DNA of 64,000 bases. Origin: Lama glama (taxonomy: Eukaryota). Shown here piece by piece: positions 37,235 to 49,978 of this stretch (its first letter is position 1; each line of letters starts with the position of its first letter). Both the position numbers and the translations under genes were made by a program. The notes below the pieces were generated by a model. It ran no database searches, was not told where the DNA came from, and was given only the letters and a program-made list of their open reading frames with translations. The stretch lies in contig CM052818.1 of the NCBI GenBank assembly GCA_028534125.1, forward strand, positions 37,326,001-37,390,000. Reading direction: 5' to 3'.

Positions 37235-37478
37235 GTAGGGTAGTGTAATAAGTAGTTAATACCATACGCTTTAGAGCCAAGTACCAACTTTGCCACTTAC
37301 TTGCAAGGTGACCTTGGACAAATGTACTTAACCACTTTGTACCACAGTTTTCAAATCTGCAAAATGGGGATGACAATCGTAGTACCTCCCTTTTAGGATA
37401 TGGAAATTAAATTAGTTAAAGCATGTCAAGCATTTGAAACAGAACCTGGGATGTAACGAGTGTTGCTTTGCTATTATT
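37235..37478 (+). mobile_element. MIR, near full length
   Basis: tttgccacttacttgcaaggtgaccttggacaaatgtacttaacc...tctgcaaaatggggatgacaatcgtagtacct. Confidence 0.85.
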
Positions 37479-39269
37479 GTCACCTGAGCTCACATGTCTG
37501 GCAAGGCACCAAAGGAGTGGGAAAATCTATTTTCTGCTCTTTAAAATTTAGCTTTAAGCCTGACTACCTTTCCCCAGAATTAAGTCAGAGCATCCCAAGC
37601 ATCTGTCCTGAAGTCTGCTTCATTGATTTCTTGACTTGCATTCGTGTACCTCTTGCCCTTGGCTCCTAGCATCTTCCATTCAAACGCTAACTAATGAAGC
37701 CTGGATATTTCAACGCCTCTCCTTCCCTCTCAACCTAGATCAGCCTGCAATGAGGAAGGAGGGTTGATGCAAATTGCAACTGACAGTGTGTACCGGAGTG
37801 GACATTTATTGACTCCCACTAACTATGCACACTCATTCAGATAATTGCTGTTCATCGTCCACACACCCTGATGGCCAAGTCTCACAAGGGAGATGATGAA
37901 GGGAGGGCTTTAGTTTGATGGGGAGCTTTTCCTCTGAAATATTCTACTGCCCCTGTCCCTTTATATGAATTACCTTGGTCCCATGATGGCAGCCTTTCAC
38001 TTTTTTCAAGTCTGAAATATATATGGCTCAAAACACACCTTTAGACATTTAATCTGGGTCCAGTCTAGTTGCCTCTGGTGTTACAGTGTTCAGAGTATGC
38101 CTCCCCGCCCCGAGGATTTGTGAGGATTCTGGGAGCAGAGGCTGGGTGCAGGAAAGGAGTAGAGATGCCATGTAGGCTGGAGATGTTGGTCCAAATGTAA
38201 GCCATTAAGCAGTCTCCGAGAATGACGCCAGAGTTGACAGTTCGCTGGTACAAAGTGACAGGGAGGAGAGAGGGGGTTTGAGTGTGGGGCACAAATTGGA
38301 GGAGGCAGTTTCAGAAGGGCAGCTGGAAGGACAAGCTGGAATTCACTTAGATTCTAGAAGCTGTAAACTGTTTCACTAGCCTCACCCAGGATGGGAAGAA
38401 AGTTGGTAAGGACATGGAGCTATTTCATCCTCTTCTCTTCGTCTTCGCATTGGGTCTCTGTGTCATACAAATGTCTTTCCCCCACGCACTTTTAGATTCT
38501 TCAGTAAAATGAGTACATGTTTTTCTAAAAGGATAACACGTATTTTGATAAATTTGAGTCATTGCTCGACCCGTTTGATTAACATTTATTCTCTTTTGCT
38601 CACAGAGCGCTTACACATGATAGAACACACTGGAGCCCAGCTCCATGGTAGACTATGGCCAAAGCTTTTACAGGAATTGCCTTATATCAGGGCCACTTTG
38701 GGGCCATTGTTAAAGCTTCTTTGTGCTCTGTAGAAGAAGGGTGGACACAGCCGTGTACCAGGGCAATCCTGGCTCGGGGAGAAGGACACAGATTGGATGC
38801 GAGCCTGTTCAGCCGTCAGCCGGATGCCTCACCCACACAACCATGGCAGAAGGCCTAATTATCTGGTACCACACAAGGTGAGGTCACCCCTCCCCACCAA
38901 AATGGGATGAGAGCCAGACAGTCTGCTGCACTGGGCTCCTCTGTACCATGTTGGATGATGGAGACTCCAGGTGGGGAGCACTGACCCACGGAATCTGCCT
39001 TGGTGCTGGGGGAGCAAAGCAAAGCTTCCACTCCTGGGAGACTTCAGCTTGTCTATCTTTTTTGGTCGTAGAGTATATAGAATTTGGGAAAAAATGAGGT
39101 AGAGTCTGAGTAGTCACTTCTACCCATTTCTACAGTTCCGTGCTCTCCCTCGGTTCAGGCACTCATCATCAGTCTCTCTGGAACGGGTTACCTTTGTCTT
39201 GATTTGCTTCACCCTGTTACCTGCCAGACTAATGGCCCATTCTGTGCTGAATGTTGTCTAGGTCCAAGC

Positions 39270-39425
39270 TCTAATCTAGCTCTGCCACTAAGTCACATTT
39301 GGCACATGCGATAAATGATTTACCATCTCTGGACTTCATTTTTCTTGTTGGTAAAATGGGGTACTATAAAGGACCAAAGAGATTAACCGTGTGAAAATGC
39401 TGTGAAAACTGTAAAGAACAATGCA
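39270..39425 (+). mobile_element. MIR fragment
   Basis: ctagctctgccactaa...catctctggacttcatttttcttgttggtaaaatgggg. Confidence 0.65.
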
Positions 39426-41136
39426 AATGAAGACTGAACCAGAAAGAGTTAATTTAGCCTAAAGTTAAAGGAGAGCAATTTACTCACTTTTCTGTCATTC
39501 CTAGACACAGTTTGGACATCTATTAAGCACTGAAGAAATATATCATTTTCAACTGTCTGAATCCATATGCCGTTGATTTCAAAGCTTAATTGTATTTGAA
39601 TGAGGAATCAATACATATAACTGCACCAGCATTACTGCGCCGAAAATCTGTGCATGCTTCTGATGCTTTCATAATATATTTCAATTTTCCCATTACTTTT
39701 CCATTATAATCCCATATTTTTGAAAGGATTCTTTGAGCACTGCAAGGTAGCACAAATCCCCAATGAATGGTACCGACTATTTGTTTCGATTTCAAGCTGC
39801 ATTTGTTACAATGTTTTGCAGCTCCTCCTGGTTGCAGCCTGTCTCTGTAACAGAGACACCGAACAATTCTTCTTAAAACATCTGTTTTATCATGTTCCTT
39901 CCTGGGTAAAAAAGGTGTTCCTCTTTCCCAGCTTGTATTATTATGAGTGACAGCCAATGACAGCCAGAGCTCTTCACGGTTTGGCGACAGCCTCTCCTTC
40001 CATACTCATCTCTCTGTTTTAGAATATACCCACTTTCCTAGCCAGGCTGAGCACCTCACAGTCCCACACAGGAGATTATTTTCAGTGGTATCTTTGATCA
40101 TTCTGTCTTTACCCAGAATGCCAGTTTTTCCACAACCAACCTGACCCACTGCACAGCGTCCATCTCAAGCCCAGCCTACTCAGGACTCGAGACATTTGGG
40201 GTTGCTGCAGCTGTCGTGACCTCTCTCCTTGATAAAACTTGACCCTTGGGATACACTGCCTGGGAAGCCTCTTGACTTCTGGGATGACACTGCCTTGATG
40301 GTAACAGTGTCATCAATGCTGAAGTCAAGCCCAGGTGGATCCTCAGGCCATGCTGGGGCCTTCCTCCTTCACCCCTGAGCCCAGTTCTTCATTTCCTAAC
40401 TAGTGTAACTCCACTGTGATCAGAATCAAGCCCGCCAATTAAATGCTAATTTGCCGGCTGCTAGTCTTAAGAGATTCAAGAAACAAGAGAAACAGTGCAG
40501 ATATAAGATGCCAGATGTCAAGGTGGCAACGAGGGAAACAGGACAAATAGCCAGACACTGCAAAAGAGATGGCAGCAGAACTGGAGATGAACTTCAACTG
40601 TCATGGCTCTATACTGGTCTGCTGGAAAAAAAGATGTTCAAGGGCTTCATTTAAAGACCCTGGTATATCCACTTCAAGTTACCTGATATATGAGTGAATT
40701 ACATTCTAGGAGGAAATTTTGACTCCTGCCGGAACAGATAATCCAGGTTGGTAAGATCTGAAAACATTCAGAAGTTTTATCAACATGAATCTGCTTGGCA
40801 CCTATTAATGCCAGTTTTGAGACAGAGCAAGTGTGTAAGGTCCTTACTGTTGGACCTTTGGTGTGAACACCTGTCCAGCATCACTTCCCCCTGTAAAAGG
40901 ATGCACGTTTTCTTTGCTGAGTTGTTTCTCATTCTCTGTTTGTGCTCTTGAGGGAGATGACTTAACCTGGGTCTAGGGGTGGGCTTGTGACCCAGCTGAT
41001 CGGGCCGATCGGTGTGTTCCAGTTCCTCTGAGCACAGCGATTGGCTGAGTGAAGGTAGGGCTTCCTTCCACATTGGCCCAAGGAGACTCAATGTCAAGAA
41101 AGGTACTTGAGCATCTTGGAGAGAGAAACTTGTCCT

Positions 41137-41466
41137 GTATCAATTAGGCTCCTACCAGAGAAACAGAACCAGTAGTTTGGATAGATGGACAGGTAGGTAG
41201 GCAGATACAGATTTCAGTAAACTGGCCTACATGGTTATGAGGGCTGACAAGTCCAAAATCTGTAGGGCAGGTGGGAGGCTGGAAACCCTCAGACACCAGC
41301 TGCTGCTGCAGTGCAGAGCTGGAATTTCTTCTGTCTTAAGTAAATCTCAGTCTTGCTTTCGATGTCCTTCAGCTGCTTGGAATAGACACACCCACACTAT
41401 TGAGGAGTATGTCCTCTAAAATGTTCTTTTAAAGTCAACTGATTGTAGACATTAACCACATCTACC
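41137..41466 (-). mobile_element. MLT2D-like ERVL LTR (partial)
   Basis: ccagagaaacagaaccagtag...gggctgacaagtccaaaatctgtagggcagg...aaagtcaactgattgtagacattaaccacatctac. Confidence 0.85.
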
Positions 41467-41735
41467 CTTGGACTTGCTTATTAGGTATCAAATGTGTGGT
41501 CATTTTACAAACTTCTTCAAAGAAAAGAAAAATGTATAGGAGCCTTTTTATATAACCAGACAGTGTCAAGACTTTATTATGTTATGATTGCAAACCAAGT
41601 GTAGACACTCTGTAGCCAGATTCATTTAAAATCTTAGAAAAAAAACTTCTCTGGATAGAGTTTATAATGACTTTCTTTTGTATAGAATTTTTCTGAGACT
41701 AACAAGAATTTCCTTTAATCTAAGCACTCTAATAC

Positions 41736-41754
41736 AGAGCGCCCCCTAGTGTTA
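41736..41754 (-). promoter_or_regulatory. Candidate CTCF binding site
   Basis: agagcgccccctagtgtta is a near-consensus match to the CTCF core GCGCCCCCTAGTGG (one mismatch), with the CpG retained in AT-rich flanks. Confidence 0.55.
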
Positions 41755-42315
41755 CCATAGAGTATGGTAAATACTTCTTTTTTTCAAGACCCCTGTCTGT
41801 ATGAACAATTTGTGTCGTCTTCCTGGGTCTCGGGTCCAACCATCGGACCTGGAATGACCTCATATTCTCCACCCCTTGAGCACATCTGTGCAACTGGTTG
41901 GCCCCAGGTGGAGTGAGAGACAAGCGGGAAAATGGCAGAATGATGTGAAGGAGGGAAACAGAGATTGGGGCCCACGTGCGTCCTGGTCGGGACTCAGGGT
42001 ACTCTGCTCCCGGACACTGCCAACTCCAGCTAGTCCCAGGCACCAGCGTGTGACCAGAGCTGAAATTAGAAAATTTTGAGAAATAGGCTTCAAAGCACCA
42101 AGCCCCCTGAGGCAAGGGCCATGCTTACCTTGGTCTAAGGTGGATACTGTTGTGATGTGCACCTTTTTCCTTCTGTCAGTTCACATGATGGTCAGAGCCA
42201 GAGCTCATTTCTTTGTCACTTTAATTCTGCTCTCTCCCAGAATAGTAAATCTATATTTGTAAATTGTTTATGTTTTAAAAAGCACACTCCATCCCCCAAC
42301 GCCACTATCCCTCAC

Positions 42316-42323
42316 TGTGCGTG

Positions 42324-42367
<44 letters not shown>
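42316..42367. repeat. Alternating (GC)n/(CA)n microsatellite
   Basis: tgtgcgtgcgcgcgc followed by about 18 AC units. Confidence 0.97.
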
Positions 42368-42368
<1 letters not shown>

Positions 42369-44614
42369 CTAAATAGCATTCTTGTTAGAATAACTAAATC
42401 CAGAGATGAATAGAGAGGATTAAGTTATAGCACTCATCCTATATTCTACCCTTCTAGTAATTGATATAACATCAGTGAGATTTTACAGGCAAAATTGATT
42501 CAAATCAAACCAGAAAAATTCAGCCTCGAGAACTGAAAATGAGCTAAAAGATGGTAAGCAAAGAATAATAACACGTGGCAAAGTCTTCAAATTACTCATG
42601 TTTTAGGTTTTATATAATTTGAAGTTGCAAAAATGTGCTTAACAAGGGTGGATTTTTTAAAAATGTAATGTCTTTATTAATGATGAGGAAGCAGCGCTGA
42701 AAGCACAATAATGCCTTTTTCAGTGATGTTAAATTGGAAGGTGTTAAGAATATTTGGGAAGACATACAAATCATATAAATAGAGCTGTAAAGGTTATAAA
42801 TATGAATGGAAAAGAAAACAAAGATATTTCAAAAATACACAAAACAGTTGTGTCTGTAGGAAAATGTAATTGAAAACAAAGGAGTCCTCAGATAGAATAT
42901 GGGTTCTGTGGTACCCTCTCCTGGCTTAGTGTCCTGTGAAATTTGGGGTTAGTAACGTGTGGTATTCCAGGTGAATTGTCAGAAGTATCAGTCAGTTAAT
43001 AAAATTATACTATAATTTTTTTTCTATTTTTATAGTGTGGCCACCTACCAATCTTTATGAAATTTCTTTTCTTTTCTCATCGGATTCAGAATATCTTAAG
43101 ACAGCCACATGGTATAACTTCCAGGGCCCCATTTATAGAATCCTTTCATAGTTTGTGCAAATGGTGCCTCCTGGAGTTGTGCAGTGGACACCCTGCAAGA
43201 CTTTACTGCCTTGATTTTAAATAAGATGTACACTGTTGTGTCAGGATGCTCCCCAGTGTCCAAGGATATTTGCATGATAATGCAGCATCTAGAATGTACA
43301 AAGTGTCCAATTGGGGTATGTCAGACAGTCACTTACTATGAATGACGTAAATATTCAAATGCTTTGTGTTAGACCATAATCTGAATGATTTACTGACTGC
43401 TTTTTTTCTGGAAGAACTGAACAATGTAGGTGTCTTCAGTGTTACTCTCCGCAGGTTTTATTGGCTTGTAGAATTTTAAAAAGTGATTTCTGCTTATATA
43501 TTTAATTAGGTCTCACATTCCTGTTGACTTCTAATCAATTCACAGGATAAAACGCATCCACTGATTCCCAGCCTGGAAGGAGGAAGTCTCGTTGTAACCT
43601 GTGTCAGGTTAGTGTCCCCCAGACCTATTGGCGGGATTGGTATGAGGACCCCTCGAGGGAGCTTTGGAGTTCTCAAGTTTTGGCAAAAGCCCCTTTTCAA
43701 GCAAGCATGGAATATGTATCTTCAGCCATGAGAATACTTCTATGGGATGTGCCCCTTTGCATTATTTTTAAACTAGATATCCAATAATCATTCTCACGAG
43801 ACTTCCATTTTCACATATATTAATGGAAATCATTAATTAAATATGTGTTCTTCAATATATTTCTCCTCTCTGATAGAATCCTGAGGTTTGTTCACAGAGA
43901 ATTGGATTTAAATATACCTAGAACTTGGAAGTCTGTTTTTGGAGGATTCAACTAATAATATTCACACATAAACAGGCTTGACCAACACAATGATTATGTG
44001 CAGAGGAGGCTGAGTGAATCAATAAGGACAGAACTGCATGAAGTTTACAAAATTGGTGTGAGAGCCTAGAATTACCTATGTTCCTCTCTCATTACTCCAA
44101 GGGGAAGGCACCTGCTTACGTGTCTGGTTCCACAGCCAGCTGTATATGATCCAGGGGGGATGAATCCACTGGTAGGTCAATGCCACTGTCGTCAAAATTA
44201 AGCCACCCATTTCTCTTGCCAGATTCTGAGCGTATCCTGACTTCTTATGTTCCTATTTAGGACGGTGAGAGTGTATACTGACAGGACAATGAGAATATTC
44301 TGACTTGCTTAGCAGCTTTCTTTATTATTAATTAATGATACGGCATTAGTGTTCTATGTCAGTTCACTATGACGTTAGTTAATTGACTCATGTCTCGAAG
44401 TTTATTCAGCTCTAGGTTCCTTGATAAGATGAGGTGTCTGGATTGAAGGTTGGAGATCAGACGCCTGACTGTGAGGCTCTGACATTATAATTGTGCCCCA
44501 CCCTTACTCCATGCATTTCACCCAAATCCCTGTGTGGATTTTAAGTAATCTCTCTGCCTGCCTCGTCTGTGCCCTGTCATTACAACAGAAAGGGAAGGGG
44601 TGTGTGTGTGTTTG

Positions 44615-45003
44615 TGTTTGAGGAGGTCATGGAGAGATGTGACTGCTAGTTGACATGTGAGCTGGAGCCAAGCAATCAGAGGTTCCTTACCCCATTCCCT
44701 GTTCTTGGAATGTGTGTTCTGCCCACCATTCCCACTCTAGAAGCTGTTTCAAGGATGCAGCCTTGAAAAAGTCAGGTGTTGTTTAGACCATCTGGACTGA
44801 ACACATGACTGAGCCCAGTTCAGGCCTCTCTATGCACTTTTAAGACTCTAGTGGGCAGGGGTGGAGATCTACTCATCTTGTAGCCACCAAGACAAGTCTC
44901 ATATGTTAGTTTCCTTGCTTGTTAAGTCTGCCACCTGCCAACCTGGAGTGGTCTGCCTCTTTCTTGGTCCTTCCCTGCCTGTTTCTTTGGTCTCTCCCTG
45001 ACA
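44615..45003 (+). repeat. 5' LTR of the provirus
   Basis: Shares blocks with 46651-47036 (aggaggtcat, cattcccac, tcaagga.gcagccttga, tctggactgaa, cacttttaaga, gagatct.ctcatcttg, ggtctgcctctt); TG...CA ends, with the U5 end apparently rearranged. Confidence 0.85.
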
Positions 45004-45011
45004 GTTGCTCT

Positions 45012-45790
45012 GTTCTAAAGGGATTAACTCGATGACTTGGACAATGAGAAGCCAAGGGCTGGATCATCATGAACATCTTTGTGGGGCAGGATTTGTGGAA
45101 GATACTTGGATTCATCTGCAAAAGCGTGAGGCAGTTCTCCCGTTTTTCACATCCTGGCTCCTAACGTTCTGATACCCCTGGTAATCAGAAAGCTGATGCC
45201 CCAGGCTGGGCATGGACCCTAGCAGCTGACCCTTTGGTAGATACAACAGATTGGGTGCACAGGAAAAGCAGCTACCACAGCACCCTTATTGCCAAGGATG
45301 TCAACTGTCCTTGAAATACAGTGACTTGGTTAACATAGTAAAAGCCTGTCCTGTGTGTTCTCAACAATGCCCAAGGCAACTGCCTAAGGGGTCTGGGACC
45401 ACCCTCCGGAGTTCTCAACTGGTGAGGGATTGACAAGTTGATTATATTGATTTTCCCCTCAGAGAGCGGCCTCCAAATGTGCCTTGGTTTATATGGACAC
45501 CGTATCTGGCCTCGCCCAAGCTTCCCCTTGTTGCCGCACAAAGCCGGCTGCCACCGTTAGATGGTTAGAAAAGCGAAGTACCATGAGCAGACACCCTCAT
45601 CAGATAAACACTGATTGGGGGTTCATATTTCAAAGGCCACGAGATGCAAGGCTAGACATACTAACAGACTGTTGAATGGGGGTTCCATGTCTCTTGTAAC
45701 CCGTAAGCAACAAGATGGGCAGAAACAAATTGGACTATTAAAATAGTAGGTTAAATCACTAACAGGTCAAACCGCCTTGATTGGATGAGC
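45012..45790 (+). pseudogene. pol: Retroviral pol remnant (RNase H C-terminus and integrase)
   Basis: VLKGLTR*LGQ*EAKGWIIMN..LWGQDLWK; GNQKADA; HHCC zinc finger WVHRKSSYH...KACPVCSQ; *QVDYI; MDTVSGLAQA; TDWG; WGFHV..NP. Multiple stops and frameshifts. Confidence 0.88.
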
Positions 45791-45879
45791 TAGACTGCTG
45801 TCCGAGTGACAGGGAACTACTCAGGCTCCCCTGAGATTCCATTGCCCTGCTGCAAGCTGGACCTGTTGAAATACACTAT

Positions 45880-46580
45880 ATTTGGAACATGCATCACTGG
45901 AAGAAGAGAAAATAGGGGTCCTGGTCCGGCACATCTTGTCCTCGGTCTATTTCCTCTCACCTGACATTGCTGCCTCCCGTGGCCAGTATGTATGGTGGGC
46001 CCAACCAGGTCAAGTTCCTAAAGCTGCCCACCTCCCTCTTCTTAAGGTCAGGTGGACACCACCTGTTTTCCATTGGGACCATCATGTAACTGTTATCTCT
46101 GTTCCCTCCACTGGCCTGGAGGACATCATAGCACACTTGCTAAATTCACCCAGCAAGCTGACAAAGCCTTTCCTTACTGAGCACTAAATGTCTCTAATGA
46201 GAAAAGCTGTCCTCGAAAATAGGATCGCCTCGGACATTATCACTGCCTTGCAAGGAGGCACCTACGCCATTATCCAAACAGAATGTCATATTTTCATACA
46301 TGATGAGTCTGCTAACGTAGCATCTTTTTTTAATGAGGACACAAGTGAACGCCTGGAGTGATCCAACCCCTAGCCGCCCAGTCAAGGGGTTTTAATAAAT
46401 GAGTGGTTTGGATCATGGGGCTCTTGATGGAAAAAAAAAATTGTTAACTTATTTTGGAAATCATTATCTTAATCTGCGTTTTCGCTTGCAAGTTCCTATG
46501 TTGTTACTGTGGTATCTGTTTCCAGTGCAGCCAGATAGCCACCAAACGAGCTGCCCCCGTGCTAGTGAAACCGCCTGCTG
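45880..46580 (+). pseudogene. env: Retroviral env remnant (end of SU, TM with immunosuppressive domain, membrane anchor, Cys-rich tail)
   Basis: From 46194: LMRKAVLENRIASDIITALQGGTYAIIQTECHIFIHDESANV, matching the LQNRxxLD..QGG.CX6CC consensus with two Cys mutated; then hydrophobic EIIILICVFAC and CCYCGICFQC. Confidence 0.88.
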
Positions 46581-46650
46581 ACCTCTCAGGGGACGTTGCA
46601 GAGGAGAGAGGCATGTATAAGATGGTAAGAGTCGGTCAGGACGGGTGGAG

Positions 46651-47036
46651 CGTTGCAGGAGGTCATCAAGAGGACATGACCAGGGAGCTGAACCCGGGCA
46701 ATGGGAGGCTCCTCCCCTCCTGCCCTCCCAGAATGTACATTTCACCCCACATTCCCACAGTGGGAGCTTCTCAAGGACGCAGCCTTGAGAGAGTAAGGTG
46801 TCGCCGAGACCCTCTGGACTGAATACGTGATGGAACCCAGTTACAGCCTTTCTGCACACTTTTAAGATTCTGCCCGGCAGGAACCGAGATCTTCTCATCT
46901 TGCAACTGCTCAAGACCAGCCTCACATGTAAGTTCCCTTGCTTTTCCGACCTGCCACCTCCCAGTATGGAGAGGTCTGCCTCTTCCTTTGGTCTCTCCTT
47001 GCCCTCCGTGTACGGGGGCCAGTTTGCAAACCCACA
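46651..47036 (+). repeat. 3' LTR of the provirus
   Basis: Starts cgttgcaggaggtcat right after the PPT, ends cccaca, and is homologous to 44615-45003. Confidence 0.88.
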
Positions 47037-47464
47037 GTGTGTTTATGTGTGTGGTTGCGGGAGGAGGGATCATGTTTTTCTCCAACTGAATTTTCAGTCT
47101 GTTTGAGATAGGATAATGTTTATTATTAAAAGTAGGTTTTTTTTTTCTTTTAACAAACTTTGCTTCAACATGTTTATATCTATGAAGTGATTTAACAGTG
47201 GATGTGAAACTGTTTCCATAGCTGTTTAATAAAAAAGGTCTTACTGTACTGGGATTCCCGACTTCACAACAGTCTCTGTGTAATTCTGGAATTACTTTAA
47301 TTATGAGTTCTTTCAGACACGATGGGTTGCATATTGTGAAGGAATGGTATATGGTACTGGTGAGCTAGCCTTCTTACATGCCTTCTAACTTTATGAAGCC
47401 TGGCTCAATGTAGGTTATCCTGTCTATATAGGTACATACATATATACATACATACATGTCTAAG

Positions 47465-49145
47465 CTTTTTATTAAGAAATGAGATACAAGAGGAATTGTA
47501 CACCAGTCATAAATACACAGTTCAGAGGCTTTTCAAAAAGTGAACACACCTGTAACCACCCCCCAGATAAAAAAATAGAATATTGTAGCAACCTGGAAAC
47601 TTTTCACATGCCTCCTTCCAGTCTTTACCCTCCTCAGAGTTAACCAGCATCTTACCTTATGACAGCATCAGGTAATTTTGGACATTTTTGAAATTTATAG
47701 AAGTGGAATCACATGTTACATATTATTTTGTCACTGCCTTCTTGCTCTTAACATTTCTCTTTGAAATTCACCCATGTTGTTGCATATCACAGTGGCTTAT
47801 TCTTACTGTATACTTTCCAGTTTTACGAATACTGCAATTTATCCATTTTCCTGTTGAGGAAAATGTGGATTGTTTTTTGCATTTAATTTTAGGAATAGCG
47901 CTGCTATATTCTGTCTTCTGTCTCTCAGTGCCCAAATGTGTACATTTCTATTGGATGTACACCTAGGGATGGAATTGCTGTGCCAAAAGATAAACTTCGG
48001 CTAAGCTTTAGCAAATGCTATCAAAACAGTTTCTCACGTGGTTTACAAATTGACGTTCCCACCAGTGCTGAGTGAGAGTTTTAGTTGCTTCCTCTGCAGC
48101 ACTTGTATTTTTAGATTTTTTTGAACTGTAGCCATTGTGATTTTTGTGTAGTGGCATCCAGTTGTGGTATTAATTTGCTGTTATCTGATAATTAATGAAG
48201 TTAAGCACTCTACCACATTTTTGGGGCCCTTTGGATTGTGTAACTGTGTGTATATGTGTGTGTGTATGAAATACACATTTAGGGCTTTTGCCCACATTTC
48301 TATTGCATTGGGTGTCTTTATCCTATTATTTGTATACATTCTTAATATATTCTGGAATCCTTTATTGAATATATGCATTGCAAATATCTTCTTAGTCCAT
48401 GGTTTATGTCTTTTAATGAAGAGCTGTTCTTGATTTTAAACTAGTCAAATCTTTTCTTTTATGGATTGGTGCTTTTTGTGTTCTATTTAAAGAATTTGCT
48501 TTGTAAATGATGGCATTTGAAACATTTTATTTCTTTTTAGTTGTTTTGTTTTAAAGAAAGACAATTGGTTTTTATATAATAGCTGTAAAAAGTGAACTTG
48601 TCAAATTCAACTCCTATTTCTAATAGTTTGACTAGATTATTTTAGATATCTTTACGTGCTCTTTGTCATCTGAAAATTAATGGTTGTTTTTATTCCTTTC
48701 TTCCCAAACCTTATGTCTTTTAAATTTCTTGCCTCATTACACTGGGTATGACCTCCAGCACAATATGAAATAGAGATGGAGATAGTAGCTTCTTTCTTGG
48801 TTAATTCTCAGTTTTAGAAGTAAGCACGTACATTTATTGCTTGAGGGGTTTTTTGTTTTGTTTTTTTTTTGTTTGTTTTTTTTGTAGATTTTACTGTAAA
48901 ACTTTTTCCCTTTATTCAAAGTTGCTGTAAGTCTTTTTTCCAGTTGTATTAAGATGTAATTGACATATAGCATTGCATTACTTTAAGGTGTGCAACGTAA
49001 TGATTTGATGTATGTATATATTGTGAAATGATTAGCACAGTAAGTTTGGCTGATGTCTGTCACCTCGCAGGTTATGAATTTTTTTTTCTTGTGATGAGAA
49101 CTTTTGAAGTATACTCTCTTGGCAATTCCTAAATATACAATACAG
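47465..49145 (-). mobile_element. Cluster of old antisense L1 fragments (L1MD/ME-like, plus an L1MA9-like 3' end at about 48945-49145)
   Basis: Typical antisense L1 3' sequences (aagtgaacacacctgtaaccacc; acctagggatggaattgctg; gatgtaattgacatatagcattg...gtgatgagaactttt). Confidence 0.8.
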
Positions 49146-49574
49146 GGCCCTCATGACCTAATTACTTCCCAAAGACAAGGCCAAAACACTCACCGCGATG
49201 TGTAGCCTTTTATCACTTCCCCATAAATCACACAAATCAAAACAAACTTTTTTTCATGAAATAGTCAAAATAATTAGAGACTGTACATGAATGGACATGC
49301 TCAAATCATAGTCTGGAAAAGAACCCATTCAAATTCTTTTCTGAAAAAGATTTTGAGCGTCTACTCCATATTAGCCATGAGCAAAAGGAATAAAATGAAT
49401 TAATCACCTAGTATTTCTCTGGTTCTTCCATGTTCTGGGCACTCGGTACTGAGGATGCAAAGATGAGGAAAGTTTGACGTGGTCCCTTTACTTCACGTCA
49501 ATAGTATAGACTCTCGTGAAAAGCAGACTAAAATACATAACTATAACATTTTATGTACATACTTTTAATAATAA

Positions 49575-49760
49575 TAAAACAATGCCAATACCGATAATGA
49601 ACATTTACTAGATACCAGCATTTTCCTGAGCTCTTTGCATACATCAGTCCTCACACTAACTCACTAGAATCAGGTGTTACTATTGCTCCCACTTTACCAG
49701 GAAGGAAACTGAAACACAGATGGGCTTACGTGTTTTGCTGGAGGTCATAGGGCCGGCAAA
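49575..49760 (-). mobile_element. MIR
   Basis: aacatttactagataccagc...cccactttaccaggaaggaaactgaaacacaga. Confidence 0.7.
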
Positions 49761-49921
49761 TCACATAGAAAGAGAGACCTTTGGGGATGCAGGGAGCTAA
49801 ACAAACAACTGGTTCCGCCTAGAATGACTGGGGCAGGCTTCATGAAGGAGGAAGAGACGGCAGAGCTTGGCAGACATGACTGGGCTGGCACCTCGGGAAG
49901 ATAACCTGTGATGTGTTGTGG

Positions 49922-49978
49922 GCGTGCGTGCACGTGTGTGTGTGTGTGCATGTGTGTGTGTGCGTGTGCGTGTGCATG
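49922..49978. repeat. Imperfect (TG/CG)n alternating purine-pyrimidine tract
   Basis: Directly visible. Confidence 0.95.

Larger units (their letters stand above)
44615..47036 (+). mobile_element. Internally deleted endogenous retrovirus: 5'LTR - RNase H/integrase - env - PPT - 3'LTR (class III, ERV-S/ERVL-like with env)
   Basis: Two homologous ~390-bp direct repeats, pol and env remnants in order, a polypurine-tract-like aggacgggtggag before the 3' LTR, and a near-TSD gtttg/gtgtg within a TG-rich target. Confidence 0.9.

Noticed and set aside
41790..42150. GC-richer block with overlapping ORFs
   Set aside because: No protein similarity or splice structure recognised; possibly a hAT-type fossil, but too uncertain to call.
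45012..45440. APOBEC3 hypermutation explaining the TGG-to-TGA stops in pol
   Set aside because: Two of the three stops are in a GC context rather than GG/GA, and there are too few sites to infer editing.
45882..46822. env ORFs as a domesticated syncytin-like gene
   Set aside because: The sequence is fragmented by stops and frameshifts, most of SU is missing, there is no intact furin site, and the CX6CC cysteines are mutated.
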